DNA of 63,740 bases, the filler included, from Psammoneis japonica (Eukaryota): assembly GCA_008632985.1 (NCBI GenBank). It is 4 parts of 4 records of this genome, joined end to end, with 100 filler letters (N's around TTAATTAATTAA, not from the genome) between each part and the next. Parts side by side here need not be neighbours in the genome. Positions count along the whole stretch, not along the records: positions 1 to 18,380 come from QPGO01000469.1; positions 18,481 to 36,813 come from QPGO01000471.1; 2 more parts are not named here. One strand, given 5' to 3'. Positions 11,770-23,519 of this stretch are shown here, piece by piece. Numbering within the stretch: the stretch's first letter is position 1; every line of letters begins with the position of its first letter. A model generated the notes under the pieces. That model was not told where the DNA came from and did not search any database. It was given only the letters and a program-made list of their open reading frames with translations. Position numbers and translations under genes: made by a program.

Positions 11770-14700
11770 AGCATGGGGCTGCTCTGATTTTGAGAGTCTT
11801 TCTCAAGCAATGTCTTTTCTTCTGCTCTGTGCTGCACATGTGAGAGAAGCACATTGAGCATTTTCTCAAGCATTGTTTTTATTTTTAGATTTTCTTTTTT
11901 CTTTTCTAAACAAATTTCCTGTCAGCAAGAACATGTTGGATGTCAAATGTGACATGCCTGTTGAAGACCAACTGTCCTGGTGCAGCTTGCACAGCAGTGT
12001 GACATGTTGAGTGCACTCCAAAGGCCGCTGCTGACAGGATTCCTGTGAAAGGATTCTCTTTGTCTGGAGGTTTATTTTGTAGATCAAATGTGTGCAGCAT
12101 GTTGCCCAGTGCTCAATGCTTGTGCTGAACAATGGTGTCAGCTTGTGGATTTTGGGCACCAGCTGTGGGCCTGCACTCAATGCCACAGTCCTCTTTAACC
12201 ACAGTTCTGAGTTGGTGTTCAGTGAACTCACTTCCACAATCACAAGCAATTGAAGATGGTCAAGGGCACTCACTCAACACCACGTTCTTTCCAGCAGTCC
12301 AGCAACAGTCATGGATTCCTCATTTGGAATTTCTGCCAGTGCTTCAAACAATCCTGTTGCTGGATCAACCATTGTGAAACATTTTGAGACCAGTGGTTTC
12401 TTTCTGCCCTTTCAATGCATTTTGCATGGTTCAATGACATTCACACATCTTCCCCATTGCACTGCTTCCACACACTCAGGAGGCCAATGTTTGTGTTTCT
12501 TCTGTTTCTTTTTTTAAATTTCTGGCATTTTTCACATTTTGACACGCATTTTTCTCATGTCTTTGCGCAAGGCAGACCACCACAAGTGTTGTGAGATTGT
12601 CTCTTTAGCTCCACTCATGGTGCCAAGGTGCACAAGGCATGCATGGTGCACCAACCCATCACTCTGCCTTTTTTGACATCTTTGGCATGATCTTTGTGTG
12701 ACATGTTGCACCCAACAATTTGGAGAGAATGTCCTTGCCCCACTTTTGTTCAGCATCAAGAACTTTGCACGTAAAAATTGAAGGACATTGTTGCAGGATT
12801 TGGGTGCAACATTCTCAGCCAATTCTTCAGCGGCTGCTGAGGTTTTCTGTTTTCTTCACAGTGAGTCAGCTGATTGCATCTGCAATGACACCAGCCTTGC
12901 CCTTTTGAGGTAAATTGTTTTTGAGCTGCATTCTTCTGTTGTCAGATGCCAACACATGACTCTGTTCACAGCAAAATTCCAGTGAGTGAGATTTTTAGGA
13001 CCCACAAATGTTTTCATCTGTTGGCCAAACAGTGTGTTGCAGAACTCTTTTGGATTTTCTGCAAAGGACAGAAGTTCTTCTTCCATTGTGGTGTGGCATG
13101 TCTGCACTCCATTGAGCTTGCAGCTGCAGAAGGCAGTGGGTCTGTCATCTTGTGTTGTGACCACTCCCAATTGAGAATCACTGATGGTGGTGTGCATCTC
13201 AAATGGTTTGTTGCATTTGGGTGTGACAACAACACATTTTTGACATGAAATGCTTCATGTTTTTGAAAGCCTTTTGTTCCATGCTTGTCTGTTGCCACTT
13301 GACCTTGCTTGAGGTGATTTGGCCAGACAAGTGAGTGCATGAGATTGTCAAGGCCAAATGCTCCAATTCCTTGTGAGTGGTGGGAGCTGCAATCACTTGA
13401 ATTGCCTCCACTTTCTCAGGGATTGGTCTGAAGCCATTTCAGGTGATGTGAAGGCCTGGATGGTCCACTTCAGGCTTGGATTAAATAGACTTTTTTTGGC
13501 ATTAACTTTTAAACCAGCTTGTTTGAGCCGTGTGAATGTCATTTTAAACTTGTTCAGGTTGTGTTTGAAGGCACCTTTTATCAGGCACATCATGTCATCA
13601 AAATGAGTTCTGAAAACTCCAAACCTGCCATGAGCTGGCTTGTGTGTTCTTGAAAACATGTGAGGCTCCACAAACATCCACCATGGTGAGTCTGCAGCAC
13701 TCACACTTGCCCCATGGCACACCACAATTGCACACAAGCAACATGCATGTGGTGTTAATTTGACATGGTGGTGTTCCATGTTCAAATCAAGTGAGGTCAC
13801 ATGCATGGACCCTTCTGGTTTTTGCAGCACATCTTCAATGTTGGGCAAAGGAAATGGAGTGTGTCTTGACCTTTTGTTGAGCTTGCAGAAGCCAGGCAGG
13901 AACCAAACTTGACCATTTTTCTTGGGTTGAACAAAAGTTGGAGCTGCCCATTCAGAATGGTTCATCTTTCTCAAGACTTTCAATTTGCATTGTTGGTCCA
14001 CTTCCTTTCAAGCAATTGCCTCCAAGGCTTGTGGCACAGGAAATGGTTTCACGTGACACAGAGTTGCAACCAACTTCAATGCAAAATCTGCTGGTCTTCC
14101 TGTTCATTTTGCCTGAGGCCTGACACACCATCAAAGAGGGGTTGAAACCTTTTTGAGCAAGAAGTTCAGTTGTCTCTGTTCTTCTGGGGCTGGATGAGTT
14201 GCTGCCATGGTGGTCACATTGTTGAGGTCAGCAGCATGACAGTCAGAGTCAAGGATCTTGTTGATCCTGTTGTCAAGGCCATTCACAGCATGAGATTCCT
14301 CAATGCAATTGGCAATCAGCTTGAAAACATCAGGCATCAAAGAATGTGCCAACATCTTTCATTGGTGCAGTTGCATCTTCCCATTTGATTTTGTCATTTG
14401 CAAAGTCTGACATGACTCCAAGACTGCTCATCAAGTTGTGTCCCAAGACCATGTCACATTGACATGAAGAAGAAGGGGTGCTGCACCACATTCTTAATCA
14501 ACTTGTGTTTGTCAAATTCAGGTGATGAAAACTGGATTTTGCATTGGCTGTCAGTCACAAAGAGTTCACCCTTGGTTTCTCAAGTCTTGGTTGCAGATTC
14601 CTCAGTTCTCAATTTCCACATGAATTTGCACAAAATTGTGGTTTTCTGTCAAGAAGAATGTGCAGAGGCTTGTTTTTTGTTTTCCACAAAGAGGTGCTCA

Positions 14701-15989
14701 TGTGAGGAATGATTGCTGGACTGGTGTGAGTTGTTTGGCCTTTTCCTGGGCTTGTTGGTGTCCAGTGATGTGCAAGACTCCTCAACAGGTGCCAGTCATT
14801 CCTCAGAATTGCTGCGAGTCATTTTCTCAAACTGAAACTTTCCTCTCTGAGGGCATCAGTGTCAGAGTCACAACTCTTGCTCTTGCACTCTTGTCCTTTG
14901 TCAAGAAACTTGCCTCAAGTGTCATCTTGACCACCTGGGCAATCAGAGCATCAAAATCTTCTTTTTGAAAGGCATTGTCAGCATTGCAACAAGGCCAGCA
15001 TGTGCGATTGGCATTTTGGACATTGCTGTTTTGGGTTCCATTTAAAATTTTTTGGCATTCTTTTGCCAGTTTTTAATGACCCAGCATTGCTTGGTCCATG
15101 TCATAGCATTTTTTTGCAACAGTTGCACCGCTTGTTGACTTGGGCCATTTGGCACCAGATTGGCAACCATTTTTGGGACCACAGCACCACGGGATCTGTC
15201 CTGGGCTTTAGAGCCAGGCTCAGTGGTGGGCTCAGATTCGACATGGATCTGGTCAAATGATGTGTCCTTGGCAACCTCCAAATGCTCCACAAAATCAACC
15301 AACCTGTCAAAGGTGTGGTCTGAGACTTCCAAACATTGTGGGTTGACTGATGCAAGCATCAAGAAGGTGCAAGGATGATGTTGCAGAGCTCATGTTAAGC
15401 AAGATTTTGCTTTGACTCATGGGGAGGACTGCACTTGAAGTTTTTGTTGACCTCCTGCATTCAAGCAGCAATTTCTTGAATTTTTCATGGTGTCTGGTTT
15501 CTGGAGATCAAGATCATGCTGTGGACGCCTTTTCTGATTTTGAGGAGTGTTCTTGGGGAAGACATGGTTTGAAAGATGCTGAAGACATTTTTCAAAGGCT
15601 CCTTTGTCTTTTCAGTCTTCAACGCTTGTTGCCTTTCTCAAAAACTTGCAGAGTGTCTCCATGCAACAACAACATGTGCACAAGCTGGAACTTGTCAGCT
15701 TGCTTCTGGATGATCTGAAAGTTTTTAAAATTTTAATGTGCTTGGGAACTCCCTGCTTGTTGTGGTGATTGACATCTGTCATGTGGGTGCAGCTTTTCTT
15801 GCATCTTAAGGATGAAAATGCTGCTCCACATCTTGAGGTGCCGGCTTGGTTCAAGCAACTTTGGCGTGGAAATCAAATCCAGTGGCACAGGCACAATCTT
15901 CTCCTGCTTGATCAAGGACTTTGGGTGGATTGGCCACATGAGACAAAAGCTTCATTTTCATGTTTTTGCTTTTTATGGCATTTGTGCAC

Positions 15990-16390
15990 AATGCACAGTG
16001 CTTGAAGAACAAGTGCAAACAGAAGTGGAGCGGATCGCACAAAAAGTGGAAATTGTGAGATTAAAATTTGCTCTGTGATTTTAGATTTCTCTGAACAAGT
16101 TCTCAATGGCCCAAAGTGTTTGCACTGCTTCTGCGCACTGAAAGTCTTTTAGAAAATGTTGTCATGACAACAGATTGTCCAGATGCAATTGACGTTGATG
16201 CCTTGTGTGTCAACATTGTCAAGGGATTGCATCATTTGCAATTTTTGACATCTCACAAACTCTGTGTGATCAATCTGACCTTCATGTGCATGTCCACAAT
16301 TGTGGTGCAATTGACACATGTGACATTGCACAATTGTCAGCATGTGCAAAACTTTCTTGCTTGACAACACATTGTGTTGCATTGGCAGGC
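15990..16390 (-). repeat. 5' LTR-like direct repeat of the gypsy element (ends approximate)
   Basis: Homologous to 11210-11525, with an extra internal segment. Confidence 0.7.
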
Positions 16391-16399
16391 TGTTTGTTT

Positions 16400-18380
16400 T
16401 GCATGCTTTGGTGCAAAAATGGCACCCAAATGACAAAACCAAATCACCAGCCTTTCATTGCTCCGATGCGACCATTGGGTTTTTGTCACATTTGGAGAAC
16501 CAAGAGGCAAGCAGGCCACTTTGGTTTGCTTCCATGCAAATGTGGCAGACCCACATGTGTGCACCAAACTGAGTCACTTTCAGTGCTGAAATGAAGACAA
16601 AAAGACAGATCCTCATGAGTGGAAGGGTTGTTGGCACTTGTTCCCAGCTTTGAGAAGCCTGCCATTTGGTCGTGTCACACAAAAACTCAGCACAGCAATG
16701 ACTTCCTGGGAAAAAATCTGATGAAATTTTCTGGCATTGTTGGCTGCACAAAGCAACAAGGTGTCTGAACAGCTGAGTGGAGCATGCTCCTGTGGCATGT
16801 GGGAACTCTGGTGAGTTCACTTGTTTGGCATGAAGGATGTCTTTCAAGTGCAAATGGTCGCAACATCCTCTTGCCATGTGCTTGAGAAGAAGTGCTTTTT
16901 GTGGCTATGGAGCAGATTGCTGTGCCACATTTGAGTGGCTCAAAGTCTCACAGATGCCCACTCATTGCACTCAAAAGGTTGGCCATGATCATGTGCAAGA
17001 AGCAAGTGAACATGCCACAATCATTGGCCTGAGGAGCTTGGCTTTTGCTGCCAGCTTTAGAAAAGATTGCACTGTGCTCCTCCCAAAAAGAAACTTTGGC
17101 CAAGTTTTTCTCAAGATCTTTGCAGCCACACCCCTGTGTCAACTTGGGAGTGGTGAGAGGCAAAGCAGACAAAAAACCCACTCTTTCAACTGAGTCATGT
17201 GAACCACTGACAAGAAGCAGAAATGCCTGTTGCAAGTCAAATCATCTGCAGCAAATGTTCGAACAAAATGAGCTTTGTTTCTTCAAACCAACTGACCCTG
17301 CCCCATTCCCATCACAAAGGCTTGCAACACATTGCTTGCTCACAAGAACAATGATGTCACACAATCCACACACCAGTGCTGGTGTGTTGTTAAACCAGTT
17401 GGTGTTGGAGTGACAAAGTGAGGACATTGAGATGTCAATGATGAGCTGTGCATGGCATGCCAAAAGCCCACCTTGGCTCCACAGTGTGGTCTGCCACAAA
17501 TGTTGGAAGAAAGGTGATGATCAGCAAATCCAGCTTTGAAACATGCATGAGTTTGCACCACCCCTGCACAGTGCTCTGGGTGTTGGTCATTGAGCGCTTT
17601 GCAGCACACTTTGCATTGACTCTGTGTGCATCATGCAGAGTCATTTTCCTTCATGTGCTCACATTGTCCCTGCATCAGATTGTGGTGCTGCTGCTGCTGC
17701 TTGCCCTCTTCATTTGCATGCCTTTTCATTGGCAACAGGAGCACTTTGCATATTTTGTGTTCCTTTTTTTTGACAGATGCGGGAGTTGAGTGCAATGAAA
17801 GTGCAAACAATTGGTGCATCAAGGTCAGTGTGTGTTGTCAAAACATCAACTGTTGAAGCCTTTTCATTGCCTGTTTTAAAAAGGATTTGAGGAGTGATTT
17901 GGCAGAGCTCCATGCTCTTCCCATCAAGAAGATTGGTTGACTTCACAGGAAAAACGACCAACCACCTGCTGGTTTTTCATTCCTTGAATGCCTCAGTTTC
18001 TTGCACAGCTTGCATTAACAAAATTGGCTGCTGGCAGCTTGGAAGTCACCATTTGTTGCCTTGATGGCATTGGGCAGTCTCTCTCATGCTGTTGCTGGCA
18101 CAAAAGAACTCATTTTGCAATGGATTCAATCTCTGACCTGCTCTGGGAGGTTGCTGCAGTTCTTTGTCTGGGTGGCAAGAAATCTGATGTCAACATTGAG
18201 GCATGAAGACCCACCATGGTCCTGGCAAACCAGGCCATTTGGTCCTCTGGAGTTTCCAAAATCAATTCAGGGCATTCAGCACCTTGGATTCCTTCCAATG
18301 CGGGAGTGGTCTTGGAACCAAATGGCAGCTTGGGCACTTGGGAACAGTGGGTGTGTGGCAGAGCTTGTGCAAGATTTTGC
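16400..18380 (-). mobile_element. Decayed transposon-like sequence with a possible Ulp1/C48 protease remnant
   Basis: 16948..17235 contains PQANDCGMFTC, resembling the Ulp1 Q.N..DCG.F catalytic motif. The region is TA-depleted. Confidence 0.35.
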
Positions 18381-18480
18381 NNNNNNNNNNNNNNNNNNNN
18401 NNNNNNNNNNNNNNNNNNNNNNNNTTAATTAATTAANNNNNNNNNNNNNNNNNNNNNNNNNNNNNNNNNNNNNNNNNNNN
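18381..18480. other. Assembly gap with artificial six-frame stop linker TTAATTAATTAA (18425-18436)
   Basis: Identical linker inside N-runs at three places in the window. Confidence 0.97.
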
Positions 18481-20460
18481 CCTTTGTTGCGGCACGTTGG
18501 ATCTTGATTGTTCTCCCTCTTCTGGGTTTGTTGGCAGTGGTGATGCTTTCTACAATCTGCTCAATGCTGGTCCCCATCTTGCATGTGCCTTCAGTGAGCA
18601 TGGTCCACCCTCGTCGTACCCGGTGCCATCTCTTCCGTTTCGGCGTGCATCCGGGCTTGTGGTTGGGGTCGGTCGCGTAGAAGTAAATGTGGATCAGGAC
18701 CATCGCTGTCGACAGTAAAATTAGAGCATGAGCTAGCAGCTTTTGTTCAATCACTCGTTTGTTTTCAAATGAGAGCGACGTCATTATGATGGTCATGTGG
18801 TTGCAGGCGAATGCCTGCCAGGCGAAGAGCGCAGTTGCCTTGATGATCGCAAAACACTTCGACGCCATGGTTTCCAACCCATGTCCATCACAACCGCTGC
18901 AGCCGTGCTCAAGGAGTCATTGAGACTCCTCGCCCGAGTCCTGCCCGTCCACTGCGGCTTGGCATGCTTTGTTGAGCTTGAGCCGTGGGTGTCCGTCAGG
19001 TCCCTTCTGTTTCTTGTGGGGTGGTGCTGTAGACTCGTTTTTCTGTGGCTTGTTCTTGCCTTCTCTGCCTTCACATTGGGAGGGCTTGTGGACACGCCAC
19101 TTGCCAGAACACTTGCCGCCGGCACTCTTCTCACACCAACAGCATGCGGCACCTTTCCAAGTTCTCGGGTTGGTTGGCTGGTCTCGTTTGGGACGCCTGT
19201 GTTTCTTCAACCACGTGGGCTTCCCGTCTTTCTGAGCACCTTGAGGCGCGTCGTGGTCTTTTCCCTTGTTTCCCGTCTTCTTGTGGGATTTCTTGCTGAG
19301 GGCCTCCACTTGAGCTTGGAGAGCCAAGATCTTTTCTTCAGACGCACTGGGGGTGTTCCACAGCGATTTCTGAAGCAGGTTCTTGCACTTGTTGCCCGCG
19401 AGGTTCATAAGTTGCGACGCCGACATGTCCTCGCCCTCTTCACACTGTTCTTGCTTACGCTCGATGTGCTTGACAAAAACTTTGTCGGAAGCAGCCAGGC
19501 ACCCCTTGAAGAGGTTCGTAAGCAGGTCCTCAGTGGTTTCGCCTCGTGACTTAAGGGCGGCAAGCAATAATGCCACGTGCTGGTTGAACTTCAAGATGTC
19601 ATGACCGATCGTTGGGAGACGGAGGTCGAGTTGACTCAATTTCGTTCGGATCGCACTCGTCGTGGCGTTCGTGTCGAGGTGGGATTCTCTGATGATGATC
19701 TTGAGAAGGAGATTTCCGGACATACGATCTCCGATCTTGTATTCTGATTCCCAGATCCTCACTTTATCCTTTCCGGCTTTCGACATGGAGTTCATTAGGC
19801 AGCGATGCGCTAGACAGGCATCTTGCACTGCGCGACTCTCGTCACCGATGTAGGATTCTTCAAAGCCCCGGATCCTCTCTAGGTCCATCTGACCATAGTC
19901 GGTCAACAGATTAGACCTCTCGGATTCCAGGATGTCTTCGTGGTCTTCTGGGATCATGAATGCTCCGTTCTCATCATTCCACCCAAACTCTCTGGCTCTG
20001 TCTTCCAAGTTCTTGAGGAACTGGCACAGGTCTCCTGGTTCACAATCGAACAATTCCTCGTCCAGCGGCTTGGTGGCTTGCTCAAAAAGCTTACGACCCG
20101 CACTCGAACGACAATCGATGACCGTGGTGATCGCTTGTGCCGGAGCCAATGCAAGTGGGACATCTTCGGGAACATCTCCCAGCTCCGGTCCAGAAACGGA
20201 CGAAGCGTCTGAAGAGGCGTCAGACATGTCACTCAGCGCAGAGGAAGCGTGTTTAAATGCTCAAAAGCAGATCAGCAGCGGTAGCTAGTGATGACTAGCA
20301 AGCATTGGGGCGATCAAATAGGTGTTACAATAACAGCTGTAGTAAAATTGTGAGGATGTGAGAGGCTCCTCGTCTCTCATTGAAGACCGATGTTTATGAG
20401 TCATTTTTGGGACAGTGAGTCATAATGTAATGACGTATGAAATATGATATCTTCACAACA
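18481..20460 (-). mobile_element. 5' part of a diatom copia-like (CoDi-type) LTR retrotransposon, cut by the gap
   Basis: gag ORF followed by the start of a second ORF. TGTTG...AAACA (minus strand, 20460-20391) may be a short LTR (uncertain). Confidence 0.65.
18917..20227 (-). CDS. Gag-like protein of a copia retrotransposon (436 aa, partly hypermutated)
   Basis: LLLKIIIRESHLDTNATTSAIRTKLSQLD, LLTNLFKG.LAASDKVFVK.IERK and C-terminal WC..C..W..H....C knuckle, as I recall from diatom copia gag proteins. Confidence 0.75.
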   Translation of the reverse strand: MSDASSDASSVSGPELGDVPEDVPLALAPAQAITTVIDCRSSAGRKLFEQATKPLDEELFDCEPGDLCQFLKNLEDRAREFGWNDENGAFMIPEDHEDILESERSNLLTDYGQMDLERIRGFEESYIGDESRAVQDACLAHRCLMNSMSKAGKDKVRIWESEYKIGDRMSGNLLLKIIIRESHLDTNATTSAIRTKLSQLDLRLPTIGHDILKFNQHVALLLAALKSRGETTEDLLTNLFKGCLAASDKVFVKHIERKQEQCEEGEDMSASQLMNLAGNKCKNLLQKSLWNTPSASEEKILALQAQVEALSKKSHKKTGNKGKDHDAPQGAQKDGKPTWLKKHRRPKRDQPTNPRTWKGAACCWCEKSAGGKCSGKWRVHKPSQCEGREGKNKPQKNESTAPPHKKQKGPDGHPRLKLNKACQAAVDGQDSGEESQ

Positions 20461-21043
20461 GCATCTGCCGTGATGTCCCTGTCGCTCTGGCCCCTGTCTA
20501 TCTGGCCGCAAAAGAAGTGAACTTGTTGATGGTCCTGCACATGTTGTGGACATGTAGGATGCTCTTGGGCTGGATGCTGCACGGTGTTGGCGCTGACGCA
20601 TCGCACACTCATTCGCCACACGGTTGAGGTGTGCACTCTGTTGACTGCGGGCTGCGACATGCTGCGCATTGCACAATTCTCTTTGTTTCGGCCTGCTGGT
20701 GCGGTGCTGCGTTCGCCAGAAACGAAATGTACAGTGGGGGGCAAACGTGGATGTAATGGTTCTATGTGTGCGTGCAAGAACACGCGATAAGCTCTTTCAT
20801 TTATTACTGTTGTTCTTATGTCTACCCTCTTCCGTTGGTCCTTATGTAGAGGGAATTCATGGATCGTTAAAGGGTGCGTATCACGTATCATGTATTTCAC
20901 GAAAGACAACGCAAGAGCAGGTACTTTATGCAGCCGATGCACAGGTGATGGTCCGTTTTATTTCATTGTCGAGAGATTTTGGTGTGATTTAGATTGTTGC
21001 CGTAACAGGGATACGTTCGAATCCTGGCGCTAGTATACATCCC

Positions 21044-23485
21044 TCACTCTCCGAAGTAACGGAAAGGCGCGAAACCCGCTGGCTTGGACGATCCCATGCC
21101 GGGTAAGATATCCTTGATCATCCTCGTACCTTGGGAAGTTCCATCTGTGACCCAGAGCTCTTCCCCATTGTAGGTAGTATGTGCGCTGAAGAACAGCTGA
21201 TCTTGGAAAACGACTAAATTTCGTGGAGAGGATCCTTCGGCACCCGGTCTGATATCTTTGACCATAGTAGTGCCTTCCTTGCTCCCATCAGAGCGCCACA
21301 GCTCCCTTCCATATGTGCCGTCATAGGCTGAGAAGAATAGGTTGTCGTGGAACGAAGCAAATCCCCCGGAATATACTGGGGATAACGGCCCGGGAAGACT
21401 TTGACCAAATGGGGTGATAATAATGATTTTTCGTGGATGATCACCCATAGCTCAGTTCCAAGCTCGCCGTCGTCAACCAAGAAGAAAATCTTTCTGCCTA
21501 CCACAGTCGAGCCCATAGGTGGCTTTTGGAATGACTTAAAAGGGGCACTGTAATATCCGGAATGAGAGACCCGCAACTCGTATCGGCCTTGGCCGTTGGT
21601 GGCCCACAAAGAAAAGAAGCCCCACAAGATTATCTGGGTTGTACACGGTGAGTCCTCTCGGCAATGAGTCCTTCTTGCCTTCAGCTATCTCCAACATTCT
21701 CAGAGCGCGACTTCCGTCAGATCTCCACAACTCCCAGCCATGTGCGCTATCGAATGCTCGGAAGAATAAGCGGCCCCGGAATGATGTTAGATCATTTGGC
21801 GTATAATCAGACGCCATACTGTCCGGCACGCGACTTATGTTTCGCCATTCTGGTGACAAACAGGCCCCTGTTCTCGCCAAAAAAAGAGCTTCTCGCCAGC
21901 AACAGCAAACTCAGAGAAGCCTGAACAGTAAGGGAAGAAACGATAAGTTCCTTCTTGCATTCCATCTGTTACCCACAGGTCGACTAAAGAGGACTTGGTG
22001 CTAGAGGATGCGACAAAGTAGGCCATGTCCTTGAAGACGGTAAAGCGCCTGTTTATGGTCATGTATGCGCCTGGTAAGAGTCTTGATCATGACAGTACCT
22101 TTGGCGCTGCCATCAGATTTCCAAAGCTTGACACCATCTTTGTCCTGACTGGCGAAAATGATCTGATCTCCGAAGGACGTCAATGTGTTTGTCAAGATGT
22201 AACCCAGTCCATGTGAGACATCTTTCACTAGTTTTGTTCCTTCGGAAGATCCATCTGTCACCCACAACCCGGGTCCCCTCGTACGATTTCTGGCAGAGAA
22301 GGACAACAATGGCTTGTACACAGAAACCGTGGCACCAGTGACCTCTATGGCAGAAAAATCCTCTTTACAACTTCATAATAGGCACGGAAATCAAACCTGC
22401 GCTCACCCAGGTCGCCAGTCATTGTCTTTGTTATGCTACAAAAATTTACCATCGTAGCTGAAGTGAGGGAACGTGATGGACATTCCTTCCCCAGGTCTTT
22501 AGATGCGTCAAGGTCAACCAGGCGCACAACAGTAATTGGAGAGGATGTCAATGCTCGAAAGAAGATAGTGAAGGTGACTGAAGTGCCAATTTGCGCTACG
22601 GTCGGATTCGCTCTGACCAAAAAAGGCTTGTAAACGGAAACTGTTGCACCAGCATCCTTCATGGCGGAATACTGCCCTTCGACTTGATAATAGGCACGGA
22701 ATTCAAACCTACGCTCACCGACGTCGCCAGTAATTTTCTTTGTAATGCTGCATGTATGCACCATCGTAGGTGAGAGGGAACGTGATGGAAGGCCGCATTC
22801 CTGTCCCAGGTCTTCAGAGGTGTCAAGGTCATCGAGACCTACAATTTTGATGGGATAGGGCGTCGCATATCTATGCCGAAAGAGGATAGAGAAGGTGACG
22901 GAGGTGCCGATTTGGGCTTCAGTCGGATTCGCACTGACCTCAAAGCCAAGAGCTGGTGCTGGCAGGGTCTCACGATGGAAGGAAGGTCCCTGAGAGCATG
23001 AAATGAATGATTTTTTAACAGATACGATTGAATGAGAACACCATGGTAAAGGCATTCGTACGCACTCAGTCCGGCTTGTTAGCATACCTGCTGGAGGACC
23101 TGGAGTCCTCGAAGGTGATGGGACGCCACGTCGTGCGTGTCTACCTGTCCGATTGCGTTTTCCACAAAAACGCACAGCGTAACAACAATGAAAAGAAAAA
23201 ATAGGGATGACATTGTCACATTGTAGCAGCATCTCGGTTTCGCAATTTTTGTTTTCTATGTGCTGTGTTTGTTGTGGTCGATGATCGGCGACCTCCCTTA
23301 TGCAGTCTGGCACAATAAATGTTAGACAAGACAATGTCCGCCGTCGCGGGACTTCTTGCAGCAGCAGTAAGAACACTGCCAGATGAAAACACGATTGCAA
23401 TTAGAGACAATGAGGCCCTGTAAGTTTGCGAATGTCTCGGATGTTTCCACGACCCACGACCCACGACACAAAAGATTGACTCCAT
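21044..23485 (-). CDS. ELWxxDGT-repeat (beta-propeller-like) protein with two N-terminal ~100-aa Ig-like repeats; several frameshifts; start uncertain
   Basis: Repeats GRELWRSDGS, GEELWVTDGT, GWELWRSDG, LWVTDGS, LWKSDGS across successive ORFs. Duplicated unit ANPT.AQIGTSVTF...GERRF.FRAYY. Confidence 0.75.
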
Positions 23486-23519
23486 CGCTTGGGTGCAATC
23501 TTCTCATTTCTAATCACCA

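Larger units (their letters stand above)
11210..16390 (-). mobile_element. Degenerate Ty3/gypsy LTR retrotransposon (gag-PR-RT-RNaseH-IN)
   Basis: RT 13393..14001: SEWAAPTFVQPKKNG, SLDLNM, THFDD. RNaseH 12856..13197: RPTAFCSCKL..ELLS. IN 11906..12100: GILSAAAFGVHSTCHT..PGQLVF. Flanked by diverged direct repeats. Confidence 0.9.

Noticed and set aside
11210..16390. ADAR-type RNA editing of retroelement transcripts as the cause of A->G changes
   Set aside because: Changes occur on both strands about equally and also affect DNA transposons, a MITE and a tandem gene copy with no RNA intermediate.
8960..18380. Hundreds of short overlapping Cys/His-rich ORFs here and in other repeat blocks as novel small or metal-binding proteins
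   Set aside because: Explained by loss of TAA/TAG and Tyr codons in decayed transposons.
18425..18436. TTAATTAATTAA palindrome repeated at 18425, 36858 and 55101
   Set aside because: Always embedded in N-runs; an artificial six-frame-stop contig linker. Adjacency across these gaps is not trusted.
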